DNA of 64,000 nt from Selaginella moellendorffii (lineage: Eukaryota; Plantae; Lycopodiophyta), in the NCBI RefSeq assembly GCF_000143415.4, contig NW_003314282.1, forward strand, positions 717,700-781,699, read 5' to 3'. This document shows positions 37,001-48,630 of this stretch, piece after piece. The position numbers were made by a program, and so were the translations under genes. The stretch's first letter is position 1. Each line of letters opens with the position of its first letter. The notes beneath the pieces were generated by a model that did not search any database, was not told the DNA's origin, and worked only from the letters and a program-made list of their open reading frames with translations.

Positions 37001-38434
37001 ATATGGTTCTCGGACGTTACTTGAATATGATTATGTTGCTGTTACTCCATTATTGAAGAGAAAGAACCTGGTTGGTCGTACTATTTGGTGGGCTTTGAAA
37101 CTTCAGATATATAATTTTGATGTTGTTCATCGCTTAGAGAGTTCTATGGCTGATGTTGATGCCCTTTCTTGAGTTCCTCTTCCTTCTCCACTCTCTTTTC
37201 ATGTTTCTGATGAGCCTATTGTTTCAATATCTATAGATATTCTAAACAAGGATTCTATACCGTCAGCAATTGCTTTACTTGATGTTCAATGTCCACAAGG
37301 CAAAAAGCAAGATCTACCTTCTTTTGATGAAGTTTGTGAGGCTCAAAAGATTGAGCCGTGGATTTGAAGGCTTCAAAATGGGTTTGAAAATCTTGCATCA
37401 CTTACTGTTAACTTGCCATCCCAACATTTACATTCTCAATATTACCTTAAAGATGGCCTTTTTTATTTTGTGGGGACAGATCCTGATGATCCTTTATGGC
37501 TAGTTGTGCCTTTTGTCTTTATTCCATGATTTCTCAATGTCTACTATGATTCTCCTATTCTAGGCAAGCATATGGGACATTGTCCTGTATCCAAGAAGTT
37601 GTGTAGATCTTTTTTTTTTTTAGCCGGAGATGCAATGTGATATTATCTAGTATGTGCGTAACTGTGTTTGATGCCAAGCTCCTAATACTCTCCCTTGTGC
37701 CTCGGGAAGACGGTTGGAGTCAATTGCAATTTCCTGTTTGTTTGAGTTGGTGGCATTTGATCTTATGGGACCTTTTCCACAATCAATTATTGACAATGAG
37801 TATGTTATTATTGCTTTTGACTACTTGACTCGTTGGGTGGAAGTTTATGCTCTTGCTAGCGCCTCTGCAACTGCTGTTGGATACTTCTTCCTCAATCAAG
37901 TGGTGTTTTAGCATTCTTGTCTAAAATGGATTCTTTCGGACAATGGTTCCACATTTATGCCTAAGGCATTTCATGTTTTGATGTCTCAGTTGGGGATACA
38001 CTAAACTTTCACGAGTGCTTATCATCCACAATCAAACGGTTTGGTGGAACGACTCATTTAGACGTTCAAAGGGATGATTGCAAAGTACTAAACTTTTAGC
38101 ATTCAGATTGGGATGGTTATATGCCGTCTCTTCAATATGCATATGTCACAGGGGTGTAGAGTTCTGTTGATACTTCACCATATAAACTTTAATATGGTCA
38201 TGATCCAATATTACCAATGAAGCTGGGTTTACCGTCGCGATTGCCACAAGTTGCCAATACTAGTTCATGGGATCAGTATTTGACAAGTATTCTTCCACTT
38301 GTCTGAATAGAATTTGCCGAACACTTATGCTGCATATAAGTGGAACAACAACGGCGCTACAATTCCCATCATCGTCCACTTGCGGTGAAAAAAATAAATA
38401 ACTTAGTGTTAGTCCATTTTCCCCATCTTCCCCA
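34100..38434 (+). mobile_element. Decayed Ty3/gypsy element, family B (gag-PR-RT-RH-IN)
   Basis: LIDTG, IDYRPLN, YPL, KLDLASRYWQ, FINDVLIHS, TTPPVLAYPD, DLMGPFP, AYHPQSNGLVER; numerous stops and frameshifts. Confidence 0.92.
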
Positions 38435-38638
38435 TATATATATACATATATACANNNNNNNNNNNNNNNNNNNNNNNNNNNNNNNNNNNNNNNNNNNNNN
38501 NNNNNNNNNNNNNNNNNNNNNNNNNNNNNNNNNNNNNNNNNNNNNNNNNNNNNNTACATATACATACATACATATACATACATACATACATACATATACA
38601 TACATACATACATATGCATACATACATACATACATACA

Positions 38639-38670
<32 letters not shown>

Positions 38671-38693
38671 CATACATATACATACATACATAC

Positions 38694-38725
<32 letters not shown>

Positions 38726-38726
38726 G

Positions 38727-38775
<49 letters not shown>

Positions 38776-38776
38776 G

Positions 38777-38807
<31 letters not shown>

Positions 38808-38838
38808 GTATATACATATATATGTATATATACATATA

Positions 38839-38873
<35 letters not shown>

Positions 38874-38935
38874 GTATATATATGTATGTATGTATATATA
38901 TGTATATATGTATACATATATACATATATCCATAT
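38435..38935. repeat. Compound (TA)n/(CATA)n microsatellite containing a 100-N gap (38455-38554)
   Basis: Direct reading. Confidence 0.97.
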
Positions 38936-40283
38936 ATGCTTATATTCTAAATCTGATAGAATATTTAGAACTTCTATCAAGCTGTTGCACACTACTATAA
39001 GAACTTAAAACTCTTACAAAACCATTAACTTATAAAATATACTTGCTTAGGTAATATATTAATTATATTAGAATAGTATATGGATTGTTCAATTTGGTGT
39101 GAATTTAATCTATCCATTCCTGTATATAAGCAGGGTTTAAACCCCATTTAATATACTTATATCTCAAGAATTCACAAACTTTAATTTTTTATTTATTAAT
39201 TAGATTATTTTCTCAATTTTAATTCAAATAGGGTATATGAGTGCTAAGATATAGGAATAAGTGGTGTTGTAGAGTTTATAATCTTGGATAGTCAAATGCA
39301 TGTAATAACTTCTTTAGATGCTTCCTATTCTTAACCCCAAATAGCCTAATACTTGAATTAATTAAAAAAGAGGGTGCATTTTTATTCATAGGCCTTTTTC
39401 CTAAATAATATAGGTTGTCTCTTACGTCATTTCCTTTGATTATTTACAATCCACCACACTTCCTTCATAAATGAAAAAGCCCTGCTCTTGTGACACCCTA
39501 CCCTTTTGGTCGAGCTCAACTAGAATAAACTAAACCTGCCAAATATCAATCCTAAAAAAAATAAATTGGACCTCCTAAATGTCAATCTCAACCAAAGTAA
39601 ATTATAGTATCATTTAGGACTAAATCTAGTCTATTCATTTTTGTATACAAAAGTCTAAAACCCAATTAATATCTTAGCTAGGGTAATATATGTATTTATA
39701 AATTTTACACTATCCTCCCCTCTAAAAGATGACAATAAGTTAAATGGAACATCTAGAGCTTTTTGTGATAGACTATCACAAGAATCTAAAGCTCCCATAA
39801 CACCACTAATAAAGTTGTTAACAACTATGATTGATTAGTCAATTACAGAATCCTAATGCACCAATTGCAATTTTGTGTATAACTATCAAATGCTCAAATT
39901 AACCACGAAGCTATAATTTTGAATTAAAGTAAAGGACTTCGACAACCATTATAGTCTATAAAATGGTATTATAACAAATGATACATCCTGCCTTCAAGTT
40001 TGCTAGTTGGTAATCCTCAAAAACAACCATTAACTCGGACTTACAATTATAAATAGAACTTACCTTTGCATTTTTCCTTTAGTCAACATCTAATACCTAT
40101 GTTAATTCAAACTTATGACCTTTAGTTTTTTTCTAGCACTACATATAAGAGGTCAGACTCACTATATTTATCCTCCACATCCTCATTATCCCCTCCTCGA
40201 AGGAAAAAAGTGTAACACAATTTATCTCTCTTTGCTTAAGCTTTAAATTATTGCTTACCCCACCCTATTAACATTTCTAAAAG

Positions 40284-40846
40284 GGGGTTAAGTGTAGTGT
40301 ATATGATTATGGGATAAGATTTAAATATACTGTTATTGTAGATTTTTGGAATCTTGGGGGATAAATGGGGATAAAATAACTATTAAGGGCTCTTTCATCA
40401 AGTAATTACCCCTTTTTCAGTTGAGTTAATGGAGTACAACAGAAAACAAAAGTGTGTTTAAGTTTTAAACTTTTGACTAATAACACCTACTGAGCCATAT
40501 AAGGCAACTAGTCATCCACTCGTATGCAATGGATGCCTTATAAGACAAAGGATGTATTCATAGATGCCTAATATGTACAATTTTAATTTTAGAGATAGGA
40601 ATATACTTTGTTTAAAGATATATTATATTTTAAATAGCCATTAATCAATACAAATCCAAACTGCTCCAATATCACATGTAGTGCACTCTATCTCTCTTCT
40701 TTTAAACCAACTTAAAAAGGGTAATCATTTTATAAGAGAGCCTTCAATAGCTATTTTATCCCCATTTATCTCCTAAAGTTGTAAAAATCCATAATAATAG
40801 TATATCTAAATCTTATTTCATGATTACATATACTATTCTTGAACTC
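40284..40846. mobile_element. Degenerate long inverted repeat (about 140-bp arms, about 285-bp spacer); probable MITE or Mutator-like remnant
   Basis: 40284-40424 is an imperfect reverse complement of 40708-40846 (gataaatggggataaaata / tattttatccccatttatc); no clear TSD. Confidence 0.6.
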
Positions 40847-41247
40847 GCTATACTCATCCTCACTCCACAATTCATATCATTTGTCTTCACTCACTATTGT
40901 ATCTACTCGTCCTCACTCTATTGTCAGAACCAAACTCCTATATATCCACTCTACCTCCAAAGAAAAAAAAAGTTTGAAATGTTAGGGCAAAAATGAGAAA
41001 GCAAGAAAAATTGAGGAAAACCCATTATAGAAGAAGAAAAAATGGATAAAGAAATATTAGAAAAGGAATTTACAACAATTGGCAATGCAGAAATAAAGAA
41101 ATCAAAATAAAGATATATACTTAATAGAGGACTTTTTATCATAAAATACTTTGGCCACCACAATATAAGTAAAAGATTCGCACTGCTTAATCTCCTCAAC
41201 ACACAACTCAACACTTGAGACGGAAAAATCAATAATAATGTCCACAC

Positions 41248-42111
41248 NNNNNNNNNNNNNNNNNNNNNNNNNNNNNNNNNNNNNNNNNNNNNNNNNNNNN
41301 NNNNNNNNNNNNNNNNNNNNNNNNNNNNNNNNNNNNNNNNNNNNNNNNNNNNNNNNNNNNNNNNNNNNNNNNNNNNNNNNNNNNNNNNNNNNNNNNNNNN
41401 NNNNNNNNNNNNNNNNNNNNNNNNNNNNNNNNNNNNNNNNNNNNNNNNNNNNNNNNNNNNNNNNNNNNNNNNNNNNNNNNNNNNNNNNNNNNNNNNNNNN
41501 NNNNNNNNNNNNNNNNNNNNNNNNNNNNNNNNNNNNNNNNNNNNNNNNNNNNNNNNNNNNNNNNNNNNNNNNNNNNNNNNNNNNNNNNNNNNNNNNNNNN
41601 NNNNNNNNNNNNNNNNNNNNNNNNNNNNNNNNNNNNNNNNNNNNNNNNNNNNNNNNNNNNNNNNNNNNNNNNNNNNNNNNNNNNNNNNNNNNNNNNNNNN
41701 NNNNNNNNNNNNNNNNNNNNNNNNNNNNNNNNNNNNNNNNNNNNNNNNNNNNNNNNNNNNNNNNNNNNNNNNNNNNNNNNNNNNNNNNNNNNNNNNNNNN
41801 NNNNNNNNNNNNNNNNNNNNNNNNNNNNNNNNNNNNNNNNNNNNNNNNNNNNNNNNNNNNNNNNNNNNNNNNNNNNNNNNNNNNNNNNNNNNNNNNNNNN
41901 NNNNNNNNNNNNNNNNNNNNNNNNNNNNNNNNNNNNNNNNNNNNNNNNNNNNNNNNNNNNNNNNNNNNNNNNNNNNNNNNNNNNNNNNNNNNNNNNNNNN
42001 NNNNNNNNNNNNNNNNNNNNNNNNNNNNNNNNNNNNNNNNNNNNNNNNNNNNNNNNNNNNNNNNNNNNNNNNNNNNNNNNNNNNNNNNNNNNNNNNNNNN
42101 NNNNNNNNNNN
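41248..42111. other. Assembly gap
   Basis: Run of N. Confidence 1.
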
Positions 42112-42235
42112 CATTATTTCATATACTACTTTTAAAATATTTATAAAATGGCCTTTTAAACCATTATCATTAAAGACTTATTTCTATCTAAGCCAGATTC
42201 CTTAAGATAAGAGTATTCTCATTCATGAATCTTTG

Positions 42236-44349
42236 CTAAAAAAAGCCTTCAGAAGTGACTGGAAAGGGAGGTCTGTTGCTCTGACAAGATATGTAGCAAT
42301 CATAATCCAAAAACATAAGGAGGTCTATTGCAGCTACCCAAGTTCTCCAGGTGGGTTCGTCCTTTATGACAAAGTGAACCTACAATTTCGAAGAATAACA
42401 AAAGCATGTCTAAGCCAGGGAAGGTTACCTCAATGGACACTTCAGCACTTTTGAGTGCCTTTTGTAAGCCTTACCTCTTGTGTATAATGAGTTTTGCATG
42501 GTGTTTCAGGTTTCCAGTGGATAAAGTGACATGGATTGCTGTAGAAAGTGTGAGTACAAACCCGCCAAATCCGCATGAGATAGCTGGGAGTGCTATGTGC
42601 TTAACCTCCTTCTTGCAATCGAATGTTATAGCGTTCCTGTAATAGCAAAAGCACAATGTATCAAATTTGCTACACACTCCGGCATACCCGTAAGTGAGAC
42701 CAAGTTGTCTGGCAGCTTCCGTCTCCCTGTCTTTGGAGTATCTTGTGCAATGATTTTAGATGCTGGCAGTCCCTCTGAAGGGCTGAGAAACAAGTCAGTT
42801 ATTAAGTTAAAACAATAAGGAAAGACAGTTACATGATCTCCAAGGCAGTAAACCTCGAACTAGTAGCAGTTTCTGAAAAAAGAAAATGCAAAAGCTCTAA
42901 ACACCCATTTGCCTTACCTCGGTGTACCTGGCCTCCAACAGGAATTACAATACCATCATTCTTTCCGTCCACAAACCACTCTAATATGTCCCCGCTTTTA
43001 ATAACAAACTTGCAAGAGCCGACTTTACAAACAATCTTGAGGTCCTTTTCCTGATCAAAAGCCACTATATCTAACCAAAAAAAAAAAGAGAGGTAAATTT
43101 GAAGCATTATTACCTTGAGGTCCATCACCCTTATGCAGGGGTCCCTAGGACGTCGGGGCTCGCAAGAGGTAACGGGTTTGGGTACTTGAGGGTTCCCATT
43201 GACTGGGGTTTCTTCTTGGTCAAATATAGCTATAATTAGTTTACTGTACGTACCTAGGGGGCACAAACCATGGGGTCCAACAACATATAACTCTACCATC
43301 TCTTCTTCGTCTTCAGGCTAATCTTCGTCTTTAGACTCAGATTCATTGGGAGGCTCGGAATATATATCGATTGGGCCTTCCTCTTTGTCCTCTGCGGCAC
43401 TGTGTAGCTGTCCACTCACCTCTTGAGTCATTCCACTTTCTGTCGCAGCAGCTCTCCAACGGGAACTACTGCGAATGTCCTGCATTCATCGGTCCCTATA
43501 TCAGCAATCTGGCAGCACGCTTCCTCGAGGCCCTGTACTAGTTCGCACGTTACAAGCTCGTTTGCGGATCGAAAGTATACAATACTCACAAGTGCATCAA
43601 TCCGAGTGTAATCGCTATCCATGTGCCACTCTAGGTGTCTTGATGCAACAATAAGATAGGAGTCTGCTGTAGTCAGCCGCTCCTGCGTGCACAAGCTTCC
43701 AGAATAACAAATTTCAACAAAAGGGTGAGCACCTTGTGGTAGTAAAAAGGTAGACTACTGCTTTGTGGGGGACTAGCATTTTTGAGACGGTAGACAGAAC
43801 TTGAACGGGTCGGCCTCTCGTCCTTCCCACTTCGGCACAGTATCACCGACGCAAGGGCCTCGCCAAACACACACACATGTGCGTCTCCAAGCACCACCAC
43901 CAAGGACCTGGTTTGGGCACACCAATCCTATAACCAAAACCAGACCAAACATTCACAGCAACAGCAGTAATCAGACAACAAGAGAGATTACCACATACCC
44001 AGCAATCTGATGTTCCCACCAGAGCCCGCAGCTCGTAATTCATGCTGCAAAAGAACTGCCCATCTTTTTAGAAAGTACAACGCACATATTCTTACTTTCT
44101 GAATGCGAGCTCCAGAGCTTGTGGCGTACCGCACGTTGACAGCTCCAGAGATGCCCGAATGTGATCCATGAGTCGATATCGGCGTAACTTGAGAAGTTCG
44201 AGATGTACAGAATACAGGTGCGTATCTCTTACGTCCGGGTAAGCTGCATGGAAAATTACCACAACGCGCTCCTGCACTCTCCCTATCTCTGCCAAGCACA
44301 CCACACAACTAGTCATATCCTGGGCCGGCTCGACCATCACTGCCTCCAT
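42236..44349 (-). pseudogene. Multi-exon gene encoding a divergent PP2C-like domain, an acidic linker and a macrodomain; disrupted in the linker
   Basis: PP2C-like: ALELAFR|NMNYEL..., TRSLVVVLGDAHVCVFGEALASVILCRSGK, QERLTTADSYLIVASRHLEW. Macro: IKSGDILEWFVDGKNDGIV, LPASKII, NAI...KHIALPAISCGFGG, E|VHFVI. Frameshift near 43455 and in-frame TAG near 43319. Confidence 0.65.
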
Positions 44350-44682
44350 CGCCAGCTAACCCAACAAAAGGGTTTTCGATCAGGACATAAAATCTAATGC
44401 GTTTGATTAATTTGGGAACTTCCAAAGGCGCGGTTGAAGGACGCAAGCAGCTGTACAGAATTTTGTTTCTCCGTTCATGCTGTGATTTATTTTCTTTCTC
44501 GTCCAGGCAACACTCTTCAGGACTTTCAAGCAGTCCAGAATAAAGAATTGGAAGCAGTGTATACACCCTTCGTCCCTGAAGCCTTCGAGGTACTTGCTTG
44601 ATCACGTAAATCAAGTTCCTGATTTCCAGCTTCTTATCTCATATAGTTACACGGCTGCTGAGCTAAACCTTACTTCAGTCGA

Positions 44683-44771
44683 GAAGATCGTACATCAAAC
44701 AGCCCGCCTTCCATAGCAACAGCAAATACCAGGCCTTGTTGATCATACGCCATAGACGGCCTTCCCCGGAA
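44683..44771 (-). pseudogene. WDR82: WDR82/Swd2 (COMPASS WD40 subunit) fragment
   Basis: FRGRPSMAYDQQGLVFAVAMEGG-LFDVRS vs plant WDR82 LRGRPAVAYDQQGLVFAIAMEGGAVKLFDSR. Confidence 0.75.
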
Positions 44772-44917
44772 TCTAAGAAGATCATCGCTTTCCAGCCGCA
44801 GAGGTTATCAAAGGCGCGTGCTATTGGAGAAATGCTTACACCCACGTACGTAAATCTTGCTGGCCACAAACTTTGCGTGCTTTCCAGACATCCAGGAATC
44901 GAACGGCAATCAATCGC

Positions 44918-45015
44918 GAAAGCCACCAGTACCAGCGGACGCATCAGAATGTGCAAAGATTTCTTGCAGCAGTGCTTTCACTTGAAAGACCGACTGCGAG
45001 CCAAGTACAATCCCA
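44918..45015 (+). pseudogene. MAPKKK-like kinase C-lobe fragment
   Basis: Across frameshifts: KPPVPADASE / CKDFLQQCF / RPTASQ (subdomains X-XI). Confidence 0.5.
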
Positions 45016-45199
45016 GTCCCGTGCTAGGCTGGCGAAACCTTGCGCGTTCGTTGGGTACACAAAACTGACAAGAACACAGCGATTTCGCTAAAGAAACTCT
45101 GCAAAATTGTAGAGCAAAATACATCGCTTCCAAGTGGTTCTCTCTGACAATCTTACTCGCGTTCTCCACAGCGAACTTACATCCAAGGTAGTTCCTCGC

Positions 45200-45325
45200 C
45201 TACTTCATGTCCTTGTTCAAGAACTTGCGATGGAAATCACTCCTGATCGTATCGTTGATGAAGCGCTTCACCTACTTGGTAGCCTGGTGCTTGAACACCA
45301 CATCGTCGTCCCACCTCCTCTACAC
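45200..45325 (-). pseudogene. CWC15: CWC15/Cwf15 spliceosomal protein C-terminal fragment
   Basis: [39 protein letters not shown] matches the conserved CWC15 C-terminus; a GT-AG 3' UTR intron follows. Confidence 0.85.
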
Positions 45326-45840
45326 GGCAGACGAGCCGCCGCCACCACCGCGGCGACGTCGGTGCCAAATTGCTCTTGCGAGCTTGAATCTTCGGCATCT
45401 GGCCCAAGATGGTTAACGTGGTCAACCAACCGCTTCTGGTTTGATACCGAGCTGAACATTGGAGAAGAGCCTCCCCAGCTTGTCAGGAGGGCCCTCAAGC
45501 AGTGCTGTGGTGTTGTGCTGGAAGATGATGGCATTGGTCGAAGATGGTCTTGCACAGGTACGATGAAAACTACGGTTGTAATGCACGCTGCAGTGACAGA
45601 ATCGAGATTCAACTTCTGCAAAGCTCGAGCAATCCAAACGAGCTCGAAGGGAAGGTTGAAGGAGAAGGGGAGCACATAGCTCCACTCAAGATGACCTCTA
45701 GCAACTCCTCTAAGCTCAAGAATCCTAACTTACAACACTATGCTTTTCAATATCCATTTAATGCAAGAACTTCCTTTGATAGCAACAGTGAATACAGTCT
45801 AAGACTAGGAGGGTTGGAACAGCGGGAAAAAAAAGCGGCT

Positions 45841-46172
45841 TTACACCTTCTTGACGCCATTTGGATGGATCTCTGCTGCGAACTGGACGCTGTCGACGAT
45901 CTTCGCCCCGCGTGCGGCAGTGAGATACAATCCCATATGGTGCGCGAGATCCTGCACATCAATTCACCAAATCAATCACAGTAGGATATTTGAGGAAATG
46001 TTTCATACTTGTGGATGCGACACAGCTCCAATTTCCTTCGCAACTGCCAGAGGCAAATCATAGGTGGAGCATCCTTGAGCGTAGACCACGATTTCTTCCA
46101 GCGGTGGCGAGATCCCGTGGTTCCTGACTGAGGTCATCGTCGCCACGAAATCTAGCACACAAATGTCCGTGT
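45841..46172 (-). pseudogene. NIC1: Nicotinamidase (NIC1-type isochorismatase family) last two exons
   Basis: TDICVLDFVATMTSVRNHGISPPLEEIVVYAQGCSTYDLPLAVAKEIGAVSHPQ|DLAHHMGLYLTAARGAKIV matches plant NIC1 CTDICVxDFV..ARNHG..P...VVY..GC.TFDLP...AHPQ..HH.GLY.A..RGA. Confidence 0.85.
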
Positions 46173-47060
46173 GACTTACATTCACCATCCTTTGTGCATG
46201 GGCTGATTGGAAATTCAGGCCCACAAGGGCCATGTATCATGTGCTTTTTAACCAATTCATATAATTCTGGGTCTAGTCTGGCATCTGGTATTTCGGCAGT
46301 AACTATATTGTCTATGTCATCGATAGTTCTGATTTTATTATCTTTACCAAGGATCACCAAAATATGATAGTGTGGCAGTCCTCTTTTTTGGAATTCAATC
46401 ACATAGACATAAGCATTGGTTTCTTGATGTGGAACACACATGCAACCAAGTCAGGTCTGTCTGCAGTTGTTTGTCCAGGTAGAAGGTTTTCAGTGATTTC
46501 TTTCCATTTAGGATTGCAGGTGAATGTTATGAACAAATCAGGTTTTCCATACTTCCTTACAAGGCTCATGGCATCCTGGTAGTTCTGATTCATCTGTCAT
46601 GGGCCTCCACTGAATGAGGATGGAAGTATTATTAGTTTTCCAGCACGTACCCTTTGCTGTTCGGCTCTGTTTTTAACAAAATCTGAAAGGCCACTGTATG
46701 CTTCAGCACGTAGCTCATGTTGGTGGTTTCTTATCCATGTTAGTAGGCCACCTTCAATCTTGGTGTATATATCGACCATGTATTGTTGTGTGAGTTTTCC
46801 TGCTGTCAACACAGGGTTGAAATATATGCTTCTTATGCCATTGTGACATATGCCCCGTATAAAAAATTTGTGTTGATAAAATTCCATTATTGTGCAGCAA
46901 GGAAAGAACATTCAAGAAGCCTTTCAAGATCCTACTCTTTATTTTGTAGGAAATTCAGCACTTGGCTCTCCGAATTTGCAGCATGCCGGGACTGCATTGC
47001 AATGTGTTGGGATTTCTCCTATCCAAGATGTGTGCAAGTATGCACAGATTTTGAGGAGAT
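46173..47060 (-). mobile_element. Helitron Rep (HUH endonuclease) remnant
   Basis: GKLTQQYMVDIYTKIE, LRAEAYSGL, GKLIILPSSFSGGP*, YQDAMSLVRKYGKPDLFITFTCNPKWKEI, DRPDL, VIEFQKRGLPHYHIL, AEIPD, MIHGPCG; one stop, one deletion, no helicase. Confidence 0.93.
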
Positions 47061-47327
47061 TTAGAAGGTAGTAGATAGAAACTGCTTGATTCTTATTATA
47101 ATGAGGCTTATAACATTAACTTTGGCCAATCTTGCTAAACAATAGACTATGGCCGGTTTAGTAAAGGGATGATAAAACGTGTATGGTTGTAAAACTCAGT
47201 TCTCATGAGATTCTTACAACTTGCTTCTGAAAGTCTTCATGTTTTGCCTTTGTGCTTCGCAAATTTTCCTCAGCTTGCTTGAGCTGTATTAATAGGAACG
47301 ACACATACCTGGTTTCCTAGGGTGAGA

Positions 47328-48100
47328 ACAACATAAGGGTCACCAATCATGAAGTCCCTCACGGTAAGGTTTATGGCTTTTATTACATGCACTCGAATCA
47401 ATCAAACAAATTCTTGCAGACCTTGCAATTAAAATGTTTACCTCTAGAATTGAAGCATTGAACAAACCAGAGCAGAAAAATCTTCTTGCCTTGAAATAAT
47501 GTCGATTCTTGACAAGAGGAAGCCAAATGCATAGATGGCTTTACAAATTCTACTTGCTTCTGAGAAAACATTGATTGTTGAAAAATAAATATAGAAAACA
47601 GTTTCGCATCTCCTGAACCTTACAAATTCTAATTGCTCTTGATTGGATGATTACGGGCATGGGTCTTTTGCCAAGATTTAGGAACAAAGGCCTTGTATGC
47701 AGCATTTGTAGCTGCATTGCCACCAATAAACAGCATAAGCTCAACCCTTCGTCTGTCCAGTCGTTGGAATTTATGGACATAAACTGTTGAAAATTTATGG
47801 ACATAAACTTTTCTGCTGCAAGTTGGGGGGAAAGCACTGTTACGGTGCAGGCTGTGAGAGCAGTACCAAACAAAAGGACATAAAATTGGGAAGAGAGATT
47901 ATTTACATTTACCTTTGATACAAAAGCTCCCATGCTTTAATGAACAGCATAGCATTTGTCACAGATTAAAACTCCATGTTTGTAGAGCTGGAGAAACAAC
48001 AGAAGATGCAACAAGATGGAAATGAAAATGGCTTACGCCCATTGGGGACCCTGCAAGCCGCACAGAATTGGTTGTCTAGTTGCAAGATAAATGTTTGAAA
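47328..48100 (-). pseudogene. ArfGAP-C2 (AGD11-13/ZAC type) fragment with introns
   Basis: DNQFCAAC, LICDKCYAVH*SMGAFVSK|, DWTDE..VELMLFIGGNAATNAAYKAFVP, EFVKPSM, IRVHVIKAINLTVRDFMIGDPYVVLTLGNQ|. Confidence 0.8.
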
Positions 48101-48360
48101 TTTAGTCATGCTTCTCTCCATTTGCTAGGGTATCAAAGATCCACTCCTGAAAAACAAAGATCAGTGGACAGACCCTCTAGCAAAAAAAAAAAAAGAAGAA
48201 TAAAAGAAAAAGCATTGCATTGAAAACCTTACCTTTAAACAAAGGAAATTCCGAGTCGATGAGCTTAACCTTTACTCCAAATCCTGCCAATATGCTCTGA
48301 GACACATAGATACACTGCAAAAAAAGAGCATTATCAACTCAGAGGGAAAAGAAAGAACTG

Positions 48361-48630
48361 GGACATCTCTTTCAGAGATCCAGTAAACTGCTTTCACAGA
48401 CTTCCAAGTGTATTATACAGGTGCTCTAGCTGAATGGTAGAATGCTTTTCAAGTCGATCTGGGTGGAAATCTTGAGTACCTGGCAGCCTTTGGACAGCAC
48501 ACTATTGTGATTAGATGGTCTGTTCACGATTCCACAAGTGCCATGGGAAGTCAAAGGTCTCTTTGACGGCATCTTTGAGTACAAACTGGACAGTAAAGGA
48601 AAGATTCATGAGCACAAGGTATATAACATA
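48361..48630 (+). pseudogene. DUF2358 (SnoaL-like) gene fragment
   Basis: DISFRDPVN..GRMLFKSIWVEILSTWQP..IRWSVH..VPWEVKGLFDGIFEYKLDSKGKIHEHKV read across frameshifts. Confidence 0.75.

Noticed and set aside
40951-42146. 387-aa and 302-aa ORFs
   Set aside because: Artefacts of the N gap.
45340-45700. Possible BEACH-domain or other gene fragment
   Set aside because: Resemblance needs several frameshifts and is too weak.
42236-46172. NAD/ADP-ribose gene cluster (macrodomain plus nicotinamidase)
   Set aside because: The nicotinamidase is only a 3' fragment among unrelated captured pieces; co-location is most simply chance.
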